DNA of 64,000 nucleotides from the human T2T-CHM13v2.0 reference genome, Homo sapiens, in NCBI RefSeq assembly GCF_009914755.1, contig NC_060944.1; one strand, written 5' to 3'. The notes under the pieces were generated by a model. It was not told the DNA's origin. It saw nothing but the letters and a program-made list of their open reading frames with translations, and ran no database searches. The position numbers were made by a program, and so were the translations under genes. Positions 42,046 to 57,454 of the stretch are shown one piece after another; position 1 is the stretch's first letter, and each line of letters begins with the position of its first letter.

Positions 42046-42557
42046 TAGTAGTCCCCCATCTGTGGTTTTGCTTTCCATGGTTTCAGTTACCTGCAGTCAA
42101 CCACAATTCAAAAACATTAATTGGAAAATTACAGAAATAATTCATAAATTGTAAATCATGTGCTATTCTGAGTAGTGTGATGAAATCTCGTGCCGTCCTG
42201 CTCCATGCTACCCAGTACGTGTGCCACCTTTCTGTTCAGCATATCCATGCCATATACACTACCTGCCCATTAATCACTTAGTAGCTAACAGAGAGACCAC
42301 ACTCATGTAACTTTTATTACAATATATTGTTATAGTTGTTCGATTTTATTATTAGTTATTGTTGTTAATCTCTTGCTATGCCTAATTTATAAATTAAACT
42401 TTATCATAGATGATCCATATGTAGGAAAAAACATAGTATATATAGGGTTTGATTCCATCCCTGGTTTCAAGCATTCCTATATGTACTATAGAGTTTGGTA
42501 CATATCCCCAACAGTGTCTTAGAACATATCCCCTAAGGATAAGGGGGGGGACTGCTG
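42046..42557. mobile_element. MER44 (Tigger-family) non-autonomous DNA transposon
   Basis: Terminal inverted repeats agtagtccccc...ggataagggggggactgctg followed by TA; internal tttccatggtttcagttacc. Confidence 0.75.
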
Positions 42558-42862
42558 TATCCAGCAACCTTGCTGTAGTCAGTTATTAGTTTCTGGAGTT
42601 TTATTGGAGATTCTTCAGGGTATAATACACAGTTAATCTTACCACCTGTGCAAAAAGACAGTTTTATTTCTTCCTTCTAAATCTGTAACCCTTATTTTCA
42701 AGTCTTATTGCATCAGCTAGGACTTCTATATGATGTTGAACAGAAGTAGTGAGAGGGGACATTCCTGCCTTGTTCCTGATCTTAAGGAGAAAGGGTCCAC
42801 TTTCTCACCATTAAGTATGATATTAGCTGTTGGTTTTCTGTAGATGTTCTTTATCAAGTTGA

Positions 42863-43198
<336 letters not shown>

Positions 43199-44380
43199 AG
43201 CTGGGTGAGAATTTTTAACACGAATGGGTATGGAGTTGCAGTTAGGCATGATGAAAAAAATGTGGAGCTGGATAGTAGTGAGGTTGCACAATAGTGTAAA
43301 TGTACTTCATGTACACTTAAAAATGGTTCAAATGATAAATGTTTTGTATACTTTACCATAGTAAGAATAGTGTATTTCGAAGACAACAACACAACCTCCC
43401 ACATGTGGCTCTAGCTACTTGCTCCCCAGATACCCAGCCGCACCCCTGCCTCAGGCCCTTGCATGACCTTCCCTCCGTCCGAGGCTCCTCCTGCAGATAC
43501 AACACAGATGAGTGGAGAGATGCAAGGGGATAGGCGAGGGGACACTGAAGACATACTCAGAAAGCTCCCCGTGGCTGGGTGTGGGAGAAGCCTGGAGGAG
43601 GGTGACAGCAGCAGTTGGATTCCCATCCACCTTCCTGTGCTTACTACTAGCTGGTAAGTACAAGAAGCCAGCGAACCTCTTGCAGTTTCAGTTCCCTCAT
43701 CTGTAAAATGGAGGTATCAGTGTCGTCAAGCCAAAGGCTGCCAGGAACCTGCCTGTAATTGAATGAGTTGGGATTATCACTCATTGCAGCGAGAGGGATG
43801 CAGATCATGGAGAACTGCAAGGCATCTCAGTAAGAGGTGTCGGGAAAAGTTACTAAAGGTTATGGGCTTGAGTTGGGTGATTTTTTTCATGGATTAGATG
43901 CTGTCAGGAATTGGGGGAGTGGATGGGGGGAAAGGGTGGTTCTCTGGGCATCTCAGTAGATGTTATCTGTGAGGAGGCCAGGGCAGAGGGAGGCTCAGCT
44001 GTAGCTGGTAGAGGAGCGGGGGTCATTGTTACTAACTTGGAGATGATATGTCTTAGATTTTGTGGGTGGCACAGTTACCCTGTTTTTGTTTGTGCTTAGA
44101 CAAAATTATGACGTGGCCTTGGATCATGATGGTGCTCCTCTACAAAATTATTTATGTCCAACAGGAGACCCCATGGCCTCGATCTGAGTGCCAGGCCAGC
44201 TCCTGATGTCACGGTCCACTTTTCTTCTTGGAGGTCATACTAGTACCTATTTCATGGAAATAACCCATGTAGAGTGCTCAGTATATACCCTGTGAAGGGT
44301 TATGAATGCTGATGGTAGTGGAAGCTGATGTGGAGGGGAATGGTGGAGACACCTTGGAAAACCAAGCAAGAGTCTGAAGT

Positions 44381-45040
44381 TGTGGCAGGCCGGGTCTCAC
44401 TAACGCAGGCCTCCATTACAGCTGTCCCAGCACGGACTGAGTAGCCAGGTTAAACATTAAAAGCTGATTGAGCCAATGCCCTTATACAAAGGTTGGAATG
44501 TAACAAAGAGCCCACCAAGAGTTTTGCCTAGGCTCTTCCTGGGCCTTGAAGCATGACAAGATAACGAAGGAACTCTTAACAGGACCCTTTTTAGGATTAA
44601 ACAAGTTGTATTAGGGATCTGAAGAAACTCCCCAGGCCTCCACAAACAAGTTTATGGGGGTCTAAAGGAATTCCCCATATCATTATGATTTAGCAGGAGA
44701 CAAGATAAGGGTAATCACCCCAGCACCTAGACCCATTTAGATTAAGTAAACTTACTGAGGCTCCAGAAGAGGGTCTTCAGGACTCAACCTTAGTCATAGA
44801 TTAAAAGAAGTTAATCACTTATGTCTGTAGATGAATGCACACTTACATGTAGACATACAGCTTAGAAGGTATACGAGCTTTGGAAAACTTTGTAATTTTG
44901 AGTTGGTATGGTGATAATTTCCAGGCCTTCTCCTTGTAACCGGTTACAGAAATAAAACCTCTCTTACTCTCCAGCTCATTTGCATCTTGTTATTGGGCCA
45001 GGAGAAGTAGTAGCCCGACCCTCAGTTGGGTCCAGGAACA
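44381..45040 (+). mobile_element. Solo ERV1-class LTR (~660 bp; subfamily not certain)
   Basis: TG...CA termini (tgtggcaggcc...gtccaggaaca), internal AATAAA at 44951-44956, near-TSD aagt/aagg. Confidence 0.75.
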
Positions 45041-45612
45041 AAGGGAGTGTCTGAAGACAGCAGTGATGTGATCACCTGTTTTAGGAGGACCACTCGCCAG
45101 AGCCCAGGGGAATGGTGGGAGGGGTGGGGAGAGGTGAGGGGAGCTGGGACAGGGCAAGGAGGGATGTATGGAGGACGTGTCCCCTGGCAGTAGGAAGAGA
45201 GTCAAGGATGACTCCAGGGCTTCTGTAATTTGAAACAGTCACAAATAACCACAAGCTCTCAGGTGGAAGGACACTGAGAGCCCCATGAAGGTCATGAGGT
45301 GGTGGGCCACCTCAGGTCCGTGGATCCAGGACCATGGATCAACAAGAGAAGTGAGGTCTCCCTGGGACCACATAACGTGGTGAAGGCACCGGCCTTTGGT
45401 TTTCAAACTCTGCTCCTAAGTGGAGCTCCAGGGTCTGGGGAGGAATGCCGAGTTAGGAGGGAGGCGGGAACCGGAGACCCAGGCCCACTCGTCCGCCCCA
45501 GCGACGCTGGCACTTGCACATATGAGGCGGCTTGCATGGCTGTGCTTGAAGAAAGGGTTCTGCAGCTACAGCCTATCTGCAAAGCCCCACGCGAAGTTTG
45601 GGCAATGGGCTG

Positions 45613-46070
45613 TGTGAACCCAGAAAATGGGAGACAGGTCTCAGTTAATTTACAAAGTTTATTTTGCCAAGGGTGAGGACGCGCCCGTGACACAGCCTCA
45701 GGAAGTCCTGACATGTGCCCAAGGTGGTCGGGGCACAGCTTGGTTTTATACATTTAGGGAGACAGGATACATCCATCGATACATGTAAGAAGCACATCGG
45801 TTCGGTCTGGAAAGACGGGACAACTTGAAGCAAAGGCAGGAAGACTCCAAGCGGGGAGGGAGCGTCCAGGCCACAGATAGGTGAGACACCAACGGTTAAA
45901 TTCTTTTGAGTTTCTCATTTGCCTTTTCAAAGGAGGCAAATCAGATATGTATCTATCTAAGTGAGCAGAGGAGTGACTTTGAATGGAATGGGAAGCAGGC
46001 CTGCCCTAAGCAGTTTCCTGCTGGAGTTTTCCTTAGTGATCTTGGGGGCCCAGGATATCTTCCTTTCACA
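45613..46070 (-). mobile_element. Solo MER4A-type ERV1 LTR, antisense
   Basis: Reverse complement begins TGTGAAAGGAAGATATCCTGGGCCCCCAAGATCACTAAGG; perfect 4-bp TSD gctg at 45609-45612 and 46071-46074. Confidence 0.85.
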
Positions 46071-46462
46071 GCTGATTTCACAAAGCCGGCTGGGTAGGAG
46101 GGCCCCAGGGCCGGGTGGCCGTCCGCGTGGCAGGGCGGGGGTCCCAGGGCGGCTGTGCTTGGTGCTGGGAGGCCGCCCGAGGGCAGCGCCGGCCCCGAGT
46201 CAGCAGCCGCAGGGCACCCTGGAGATGCGGAACGCCCCCAGCCGTGGGTCAGCAAAGGCGTCTCAGGTGACCCTTAGGGAGGGCTTCTGAGGCAGCCCGT
46301 GCGGGGTCCGTCCTGGCTGAGCACTGCGCGGACGGCGCGCCCGCGAGACTCGGACCCGGCCTAGGGCTCAGCGAGCTCTCAGCGGGGCGGGCGGACGCAG
46401 GCAGCCCAGGGGAGTGGGGCCCGCCCTGCGCCGCCATCACCCCTTTAAGTGCCAGGCCCGCG

Positions 46463-46497
46463 GCGCATGCGCAGTCAGGCCGTTGTGCGCAGGCGCA
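46463..46497. promoter_or_regulatory. Tandem NRF1 motifs
   Basis: GCGCATGCGCA (46463-46473) and TGCGCAGGCGCA (46486-46497) match the YGCGCANGCGCR consensus. Confidence 0.8.
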
Positions 46498-46499
46498 GA

Positions 46500-46525
46500 G
46501 GCGGCGGCGGCGGCGGCGGCGGCGG
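46500..46525. repeat. (GGC)8 trinucleotide repeat at the PCMTD2 start region
   Basis: ggcggcggcggcggcggcggcggcgg immediately followed by ATG at 46526. Confidence 0.97.
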
Positions 46526-46646
46526 ATGTTTACGGCGGCCGAGGTTGGAGCGGCGCTGCTCGGCCGCGGACACACGAGGGACGCGCCCGAGGAGCTGCAG
46601 GTGGCAGCCCAGGCGGTCCGAACCCGTCGGCCGGCCGAGCCTGGAG
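46500..46646 (+). other. PCMTD2: PCMTD2 non-coding exon 1 (start approximate)
   Basis: Lies in the CpG island downstream of the NRF1 sites; donor GAG|gtagag at 46646/46647. Confidence 0.75.
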
Positions 46647-46651
46647 GTAGA

Positions 46652-46672
46652 GCCGCCGCCGCCGCCGCCGCC
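46652..46672. repeat. (GCC)7 trinucleotide repeat at the start of PCMTD2 intron 1
   Basis: gtaga-gccgccgccgccgccgccgcc-cctc. Confidence 0.97.
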
Positions 46673-47688
46673 CCTCGGTCCGGCCTGCGGCGAGCGGGTG
46701 GTGTGTCCCCTCGGCCCCTTCCCTCCTCCTTCCCCACCCCCGGCACCCCTGCGCCCGGAGCTCTCCTCTGGGGGCGTCGCTCCTCCCCACCTCGGGCACC
46801 CTCACCTCCCCCCAGCGGCCTCCAGGGCGTCCCGCGTTTCTCTCTCCGAGCGCTCGCGGTTTCCCGTCGGTCTCTCCCGGTGCCCGTTGCTCACTCACAC
46901 TCTTGGGTCTGGTTAGTCCAGACCTGCAGCTTGTCTTTGACTTCCCAAGTGGGAAACGTTTGCAGTTCCAAGGCAAGCCAAGAGCTAAGGTTTAGAACAA
47001 AGTCTGCCTTGGACCCTTTCAGAAGATGACAGGATTTTTTAAAAAAATAATTGCGCCCCCCCGCCCCGTGCCTTGGAGATAGTAAGAATTGGAGCAGAGC
47101 ACTGGGACTTCAATTCACGCATGGAAAGAGATCTTTGTTAGTTGGAGGAAGGAGAACTTGCCTGAGCTTCGGGCCTTTGTTTTGTTTTTGTGAGAGGGAC
47201 GTGTCTCCTAAATGAATGTTTGCTCCAGCGTTGCACCTCAAATAAGTCACCTAAATATCCACGCCCTCTTTATCCACCCCCTCTTTACTCGTGTGACTAG
47301 AATAGTTTTCATTTTTCTTCTCAAGGGAATGGCTAAACAGCTCCTATCTGGGCGTTTGATAGACTGTCATTCAAGAATGAGTGAAGTTGAGGTGCCTATA
47401 AGCAACTCAGAAATTGTTGTGGCCACGCTTGGGGGAAATAGAGCCCTACACTCAGGTGATGAGAGGAGACCTCAGAGGTGACCGATCCAGGGCCTTGCTC
47501 CCTGCGCCACCCCAGCTCGTACCTCCAGTGGAACTTGGCTGGGCTTATCAAGAGCTCCTTTCATTCATTGCAACTTCATTTGTTAGAAAGCTTCTCTGTG
47601 TATTTAGTAGGCATTGTCTCCAACATGTACCACTGGTCTGGCTTTTGTTAGGCCCATTAATAGTGTACATGTGACAGCCTTTCAAGTA

Positions 47689-47777
47689 TAGGTGCTCCCC
47701 GGCTTACGGTGGGGTCGCATCCCAGTAAACACATCGTTAAACCTGAAGTCGAACCATCCGAAGTCGGAGACCATCTG
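47689..47777. mobile_element. Internally deleted Tigger-family (MER47/Tigger5-like) DNA element
   Basis: TA|taggtgctccccggcttacg ... gaagtcggagaccatctg|TA, with degenerate TIRs. Confidence 0.6.
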
Positions 47778-50144
47778 TATTTGAAAAAAGTCCCTTTGCA
47801 TTGCTTGTAAGAGTTCTGGTTTTCAAGGTGAGAAATCTGTTTGTGTGTTTGTTTGATCATTCTGCCCAAAGGAGATGTGGCTTTGGGTCCTTTTCCCCAC
47901 TCATCTTCCACAATGAATTACTTTGTCCATATTACCCTAAAGAAGTGACATCCAAGTTGGAATGTGATCTTCCGTATGTCGCCTCCCAAAACCCCACTAC
48001 CATAGCTTCATGCTTGTGTTGACACAGCCACAATCACAACTCAGGTGTCAGTTCTGAGACCTTCCCATGCCTGTCGCCACTCAGCAAGTGTTCTTCATGT
48101 GCCCTGGCAGTTCGCATTGTAAGGAGCAGCCAGGTTGTTATGGACTGTTGCTAGTTACCACAGAGTAGTGAATTATATTAAGGATTAATTACAGCAGACA
48201 ATGTGCACAGTATCATCGAGTGCAGCGTTCTAAAAATGATTCTACACTTTTACTTTGAAAAATTGGATTTGACCAGATTGTAGAATCTGGGTGAAAATGA
48301 TAGGATTTGGTTTGGCGAAGAGCTTTGTTGTCGGTGTTTTTGGTGACATCATGACTGATCATATCGATGGTTTTCAGTGCGAGGGAGTGTTAGATTACCA
48401 GACAAAGATGGTAATAAATATCAGACCCCACAGCTATTCACATGGATCCTACCAGTGGCAATAGGTATAGATAGGGTTACCCCATCGTCAAAAGGTTACC
48501 GGTGTGTTGTGTGGTAAAGAACGTTGCTGTCTTGAGTATTTTTAAAAGCTGCACTGGTGTGGTATTAAAAACACAGGCCTTTTGCCATACAGTCCTGGGT
48601 TTGAATGCAGCCCCCTCCTCACAAACTGGCTATGTGATCATGAACAAATTAACCGGCCAGCTCCAATTTGCTTCTTAATGTTGTGAAGTGTAAATGAGGC
48701 CATGACTGGCAGGTGGTACCTGGAAAAAGGTGCTTGTTTTTACTAAAAAGCTGTCTGAACTTTCAAATTAAGGCAGAGTTCAAAATAAGTGATAGTTACT
48801 TAGTGGAAAATGAAACCTATCCAACATACAGTTTGAGGTTACCTTCTAGAGATGTGGCATTGAGACAATGTTGGAACATTATATACAGGCTTCTGGGTGA
48901 AGAGGTGGCTTTGACTGAGGACGGTATGCGATTTTCCAGCTCTTTTCCTAAATAGACCCTTAAGCATCCAAACACATGATTCCGCTTTTAACCACTGACC
49001 CAAATTTTAAGATGACTGTGGTAGGCTAGGGTGCAGCCTCAGAACTGAGTGGCTTATCCAGGATTAAAGTTGACCTCATTAGGACTTAATTCCATCTAAG
49101 TCTAAGTCAGCTGGCTGTGGACCGTAATCTAACAAGGGCTCCGAAACAATTCAAAAAATTCAAAAAGGGTGTGAAAATTTAATGACTGGACCATCCTATT
49201 GATTTGCAAAACCTAATATTCAGCTCTAAAATCTTGAGTGTGAAGATTGAGTGTTCCACCATAAAAATAGAAGAGAATTTGTGTTAAGCTATACCCTTCA
49301 CACTTTTTGTTCACTTGTAAGAAACTATGTGATTATTTTCATTCCTGGGAAAACCTCCCACCGCTGTCTCCAGTTGTGTACGTGGGTGTGTATGAAATCC
49401 GCCCCAGGCCCCTTGTCACCCCACAGTATTTCTTTACGATCCTCATTCTACTGTTAGAAATCCAGAGGAATGTGAGGAGGAAAGCAAGTATAAACTTCAT
49501 CATAATTATAACAAGTTGTTAAAAAGGTTGTGTTCATTTCAGAAAATGTCTTCATGAGGTCTGGTGGTCTTTTTCCCTGACAATTTGTATCTGGTGTTTT
49601 GTAAAGCATTACCATTTTATATGAAGTTAAAGCAGTTACTTTGAAAAAGTTACATGGGGTAAGTATAAAATTGGAAAGGATATTTTTGTAGTTTTAAGAA
49701 GAGTAAGACTTCTCCGCGTGAAAAAGTGTTTTCTTGTGAATTAGCTGAAGCTACCCTGTATTTTAATAGTTAGGCTCAGAGGTGACACATGCTGTGCTTT
49801 TTCTTCTTGAAGGCAGGTTGGGAGAAGGTAAGACAAGTAGTTGTTATTTTTAAAGAGCTGGGAAAGCTGCGTATCATGCAATTGAGGAGGGGCTGTAGGA
49901 AGTTCTGGTAGCAGCCCCTCCTACACTTAAACTTTAGCCAGGAAGCTGATTTTGCATTTGTTAGAAAAAGGTATTTGTCACAGTACGTTCAATTTGGGAA
50001 GAGTGTTTTCTTGCTGTTTTTGTCTAAAATTTGAACATCAAAATATCCAAATCAACAGGTCAGATGGATTGCTTGACTTGGGTGGGTACTTTTGTGTATG
50101 TTGGGGATATAGAATTCCCAGATGTAATATAGGACACCACCTAA

Positions 50145-50465
<321 letters not shown>

Positions 50466-50717
50466 TAAATTTGAATTTCAAATAAACGTCAAATAACTTT
50501 TAGTATTGTTGTTTACCTTAATTTCCAATTGAACTGGGATTTTTTTTCCTTCTAAATCTGGCATCTCTGGGTGGGGCAGGGGATGAGGTGGGTGTTGACA
50601 AAAGATAATCTATTATTTTCAGAATTCAGAATTTCAAATTGGTATCTGTTTAGAACTTCTATTGTTCTGCTCTTACCTTTAACATAAATCGCTCTTTTTA
50701 AACATTTTTAATTATAG

Positions 50718-51068
<351 letters not shown>

Positions 51069-51467
51069 TGAAAACTCATCTGTCTCAGGGAAGGAGGCAT
51101 CTCCTTTGACAGAAAATGTAGTCTGCTAATGGCCTGCCTGGGTCGAGACCGCAGCCTTCCCAGTAGTTATCTGACATTGACACATCACTGGGTGGTGGAT
51201 AGAGGGATGAGGGAGGAAGGCCTGCATGCATCTCATGGGCCCCGGATTCTCCAGAGGGACCTCTCCTGTTCTCTGTCCCCTCTTCCTGTGCTGCCACAGC
51301 CTGTACTGCGCACCTGCCCTCTGGACAGCGGAGGATAAAGACAGTTGTGTAAATCTTGACCCCACTGTGATTTCTCGATTTAATTTTATCACTCATTCTT
51401 CCTTGTCACTCCTTCTCTAAATCGATGGTAATTAACTTGAAAGTCCTTTCGGAGTACTTCTAAGCAG

Positions 51468-51769
51468 TTTTTGTTTTGTTGGTTTTTTTTTTTTTTTTTT
51501 TTTGACAGTTGTGCCCCATCGTCTAGGCTGGAGTGCCGTGACACGAGCAAGGCCCACTGTAGCCTTGACCTCCTGGGATCCAGCAAATCCTCCTGAGTAC
51601 CTAGGGCCACAGGCACGCACCACCACCCCTGGCTGATGTTTAAATGATTTTTAGAGACGGGGTCTCGCCATGTTTCCCAGGCTGGTCTCAAACTCCTGGG
51701 CGCCAGCTCTCCACCTGCCTCAGCCTCCCAAAGTGCTGGGATTACAGGCATGAGCCACCATGCCTGGCC
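51468..51769 (-). mobile_element. Old Alu (AluJ-like), antisense, intron 2
   Basis: Poly-T followed by a diverged Alu ending gagccaccatgcctggcc. Confidence 0.9.
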
Positions 51770-52203
51770 TACTTTTTTGTTTTAATACTAAGAGTAATAC
51801 CTGTAGATTTTAAAATTAGTTTCAGGGATGGAAGGGATTTCACTATGAAGCTATTTAGCCTATTTTCCAAACAAATGAGTTGTGAGACTGCACATGGAAA
51901 TATGGCTATTTTTAATAATAGCAGATAACTAAGGAAAAACATCACTTGGTGCCAAATGCTGTGAGGGGCGGGGAAGGCATCTGTTTTTAACTCAGTAGGG
52001 TGGAAAAGTTTTGCCGGAGGGGTGATAGGAGCTGATCTGTAAACAGGAAGCAGGGGCCAGGCTGCTGAGGCAAAGCTGGCTGAGAAGACGCTGGATGAAA
52101 CCAGTGCAGAGAAGCTGGAGTCTGTATTTTTTCTAAATCCTGTTAGAACTGACAGGATTTACGGGTGGACTGTATATGCTTGTGAAAGAAACGTCAGGAA
52201 TGT

Positions 52204-52343
52204 GGCTTGGCTTGGTGGTTCATGCCTGTAATCCCAGCCCTTTGGGAAGCCGAGGTCGGAGGATCGCTTGATCGCTTCAAGATTGCAGTGAGCTATGATT
52301 GCACCACTGCACTCCAGCCTAGGTGACAGTGAGACTCCGTCTA
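52204..52343 (+). mobile_element. Monomeric Alu (FLAM/FRAM-like) fragment
   Basis: ggtggttcatgcctgtaatcccagc...gcactccagcctaggtgacagtgagactccgtct. Confidence 0.8.
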
Positions 52344-52746
52344 TAATTGATTTTTGTGGATATGGAATGATAATTTTGTTTTTTTTTTCTAAGTCTGTAT
52401 AAATTGGAATTTGGTGAAGTTTTGAGACCGATTATTTTGGCTTTATGCTATAGATTGCTACCTTCAGGTGTAAAAGTGTGTAGATTTTTATAATGCTTTT
52501 TGACCGTAACTTCTCTTCAATTGAGACTGTTGTGATCCCTGTGCTTTGAGAAGAGAACACAGTGCCCAGATTATTTATCATTTTTGAATTTGGGAATTGT
52601 GATTTCCTCCAACGTAGCTGAAAAATAGGGGCTATAGCTAAGGTAGAACCTTGGGGAGAAATAGGTGATCAAGCTGACTAGATTAGAAATACTATAGGAA
52701 AGAGCCAAAATGCTTAGGAAAAGATGACTTAAAGTAAGCCTGAAAT

Positions 52747-53082
<336 letters not shown>

Positions 53083-55152
53083 CTAGAAGTTATAAGGAAA
53101 GGCCTTCCAACTTGATACAGTTGCTTTTCTTTCCTGAATCCCCTGTTTACTGGAAATTTCATTGGATTTTGGGAGGAGAGAGGTCTGAAGGAAGGAAAGG
53201 CCTGTTTTCTGCTGTAATGGATGTAACATGCTGCTTTGATGCAGTTGAAGGAAGTGACTTCAGGGTTTGCTGTCATGGATGCGTGTCTTGGCTGTGTCTC
53301 CAGATGCTGCAGCTTTTATTCAAGCTTAATAGCACTTGGTGCAGAGCACTCCAGAGTGAAACCTCATTGGCTTCCCGGCGCCTGTGGATGTGGGTCTCTC
53401 ATCTGACGGAGTTCTTTACTGTGACCCCCGACTGCCTTTCGCATGGCCTGAGCGGCATCCTGGGTCAGCCCTGTTCCTGTGCTTGCTCTGTGGGCTCCTC
53501 TCCCCTTTGCTCAGGGCTGTCCTTACCTTTGTTTGTCATCAACCAGGGGAGAATACAGTAGCTACTAAGAGATGGTGGCTCATAAGTCACCTACCTGAAA
53601 AGTGCTGGGTGATTCGGAAGCAGGGCAGACCTAGGAGCGGCTCTGCCAGGGGGGCCTCGCTGCTCTGGTTTCATGCCGTGCTCCAGTGCTGAGTCCCAGG
53701 TGCCGTGTTCCTGACACCCCCCGGCCACCCTGTGTCCTCCTCCCCTGCTAGTCATCTTTGTATTAAGCAGGTGGGTCGAGGTATTTGTGTTACTACTGTT
53801 TGGTGTTAAGCTTCTTGGGAATAGGAACCATATCTCATATCTGTTACTAGAATTAACTGCTTATTAAGTGTTTGATAGTGAAGGTGAGGGGTCAGTGAAA
53901 ATAAGATGAGTGGGAAGAATCAAGCGCTATTTTTGGTCTCTGGCAGAGTCGGGAATTGAAGTCGGAGTTGTCAGAAGGTCTTGACGTTCAGAGTAATTCA
54001 GGATTTGATGTTGTAAACAGTGAAAAGGGGAACTCTCAGGTAGGGTGTATTTTGACGAGGTAATGTTTTAGCAGCAGCTCTGTGTATGAAATACGTGGAG
54101 AGAAAAGAGCAGCAGGTACAGTTGTCCAAATGGGGGCCAGGGAAGCCTTGGCCTGGGCTGGTGGCTGTTGTACTAGGAGGGCCCACACGGTGCAAAGGTG
54201 TGGGATGCACAGAAGGTTGCCCATTTCTTAGCATTTCTGTTAGATTGTAGGGTCCAGTGCTACATGATCACTGTAGTAGTATATCTGTCTACCAAGTAAA
54301 GTCCTACGTGCCTTGTGATTTTTACATGTAGATTTAAAAAGTTGACGTGTAACTTACCCATAGTAAATGAACAAGTGTGAAGTGTGAATTCTGGTGGACT
54401 TTTACATATGCATCCACCGCCATATAAACTCCAGCCACAGCAAGATGCAGAGTTGAATCAGCACCCCAAAAGGCTCCCATGCCCCCTCCTCCTCCTAGAA
54501 AGTTCACCAGTGTTGCATCTTCCAGAAAGGTGATGACCGTTTTGCCTTTGTCGGCAAAGATGAATTTTGCCCGATTTTTACCTTCATGTAAGTGGATTCC
54601 CGCAACAGAGAGACCCATTTAAGTTGAGTGTCAATACTGTGTTCCCAGTTAACGTAGGGGCAGTTTTATATCGGGGGAGCACTGTCATCATTAAGTGGAC
54701 TTGTAACATTTCTCAGTTGTATTTCAAATTACTGATAAATATCCTTTGATATAAAAATGTTTCATTGTGACTTGGAAGCATAGTTTTATCTTAATGATGA
54801 TGATTGAACCCTGTTTTGTGAATATTATAATGCTCACATCTGAGTGTTCTGGGCAACTTTTCAGGGAAAACAGAATCGTCTTAAATGTTACCTCTGGACA
54901 AACAGGTGAGGCCTGTGTCAGTTCCATTTGCAAATACATGTTTCTTCTTTAGTTCATTAGTAAGACCTGAACACTTGGTTTGTCTCCATTTTCAAATGAT
55001 TCTTTAAAAGTTTGTGAGCAGAGAAGCCCAGGCCTCAAGTATTTACGATGTGGTGAGCCGTGATACTGTGATGAGACTTCAAAACTTTGTGAATGTCTGT
55101 AGTTACACATGTTAAGTCAGACGTGTTACAGTTGGTAGAAGTGAACAGATGA

Positions 55153-55308
<156 letters not shown>

Positions 55309-56007
55309 TAAGATGAAATACTATCCATTGGCTCAGATGATGTGAACTGTAATTTTACAAAGTTTTGATCAGATAGAAAGAAATCATGTGGTAGGAAACA
55401 TAATTAAACTGTGGTGGGATGATTCTATGTGCCTGTTCTAATTTTCAGAAAAGATTCTGTGTTTTGAGGGTTTTAGGGTATTTCAAACTGTTACACATAC
55501 ATAAGGTGTTCATTTGCTCAATATTCATGTTTCCTGTTGAAGACAACTGTTTACCACCTAGTTTTTCCTAAAATAAAATTGTTGCATTTGTCTCTAAACA
55601 GTATATGTAACTAGCTTTTGCCATTTTAAAAGAAGGCATTAAAGTTCTTATTTTAGGGATTAAAATTTTTAGAAACACCAAGTGCAGTTTCACCACCCCC
55701 ACATCTCACTCATTGTGTAGTATTAATAGATCTTACATAAGATGATAAGAAGATGACAGAGACAGCAGCGACTGGAGATTGTGTGAAATTTGGATAAAAC
55801 TTTTGATATTCACTTTCATACTATTTTGTTTGGTATTTCTAGAGTTCTAGTTATATAGTATAATTCTTTTTGGAAGTAATTCTTGGACATTTGTAATTCT
55901 TTTCTTCCAGCTCCTCACACTGTAAACTGTGTTACATTGCTGTGGGATTTTAACCTGTGGTTAGCATAGATTTACTGTATAGACTTGTTGCAATGTGATA
56001 CTTTTAG

Positions 56008-56220
<213 letters not shown>

Positions 56221-56857
56221 TAACTGACATTTCTGCACACTGTGTGCCAAGGTCTGTTCTGGGCAGTGTACGGATACTTACTCTTTTAACAATTTCCTGC
56301 ATTTCACAAATGAGGAAACAGAGGCAGGGACAGGTGAGGGAGATGCAGGGTCACGCACATGCCCTAGCTGGGGCCAGAAGCTGACTCAGGTGGGTGCTTC
56401 AGAGCCTGCACGTGAAACGCTTTTCTCCACCTTCCTTCTCTGTCTCTCTCTTTTTCCTTCTTCTGTCCCTTCCCCCTCACCTCCCTCTTCCTTCCCCTTC
56501 TCCTTCCCCCCAGCTGTTCTGAGTTTTAATTCTAATTGTTAATCTATTATAATTGTTCTGCTGTTAGAATTATATATAAAATAGAGTCATTCTATTCTCA
56601 TCATTAGTCTAATTGTTACATGCCTTGATGTTATGCATTTGACAGGAATCCTTTGCCTAGTGAGAGTCTTGTCCAAGTTTGCTGTTTGGTCATGCTTGTT
56701 TGTCTGTGTTACTGTATGTCACTGGGAAAAATAGTTTATAGTAAATGAACAGATTAATCAGACATGAATTGGTCACCAAGAAGAATGTCTCCCAGTCACA
56801 AAGAACTAGGAAAACACAAATAATAAAAATTAGGAGGTTTTAATTGTTTTAATAAAA

Positions 56858-57454
<597 letters not shown>

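Larger units (their letters stand above)
46085..46900. promoter_or_regulatory. PCMTD2: CpG-island promoter of PCMTD2
   Basis: Very high GC and CpG density, GC box GGGGCGG near 46384, no TATA; spans the non-coding first exon. Confidence 0.92.

Noticed and set aside
46249-47029. Overlapping 148-167 aa ORFs in the CpG island as independent genes
   Set aside because: GC-rich sequence is stop-poor and no domain is recognisable. Only the spliced uORF reading is kept, as a hypothesis.
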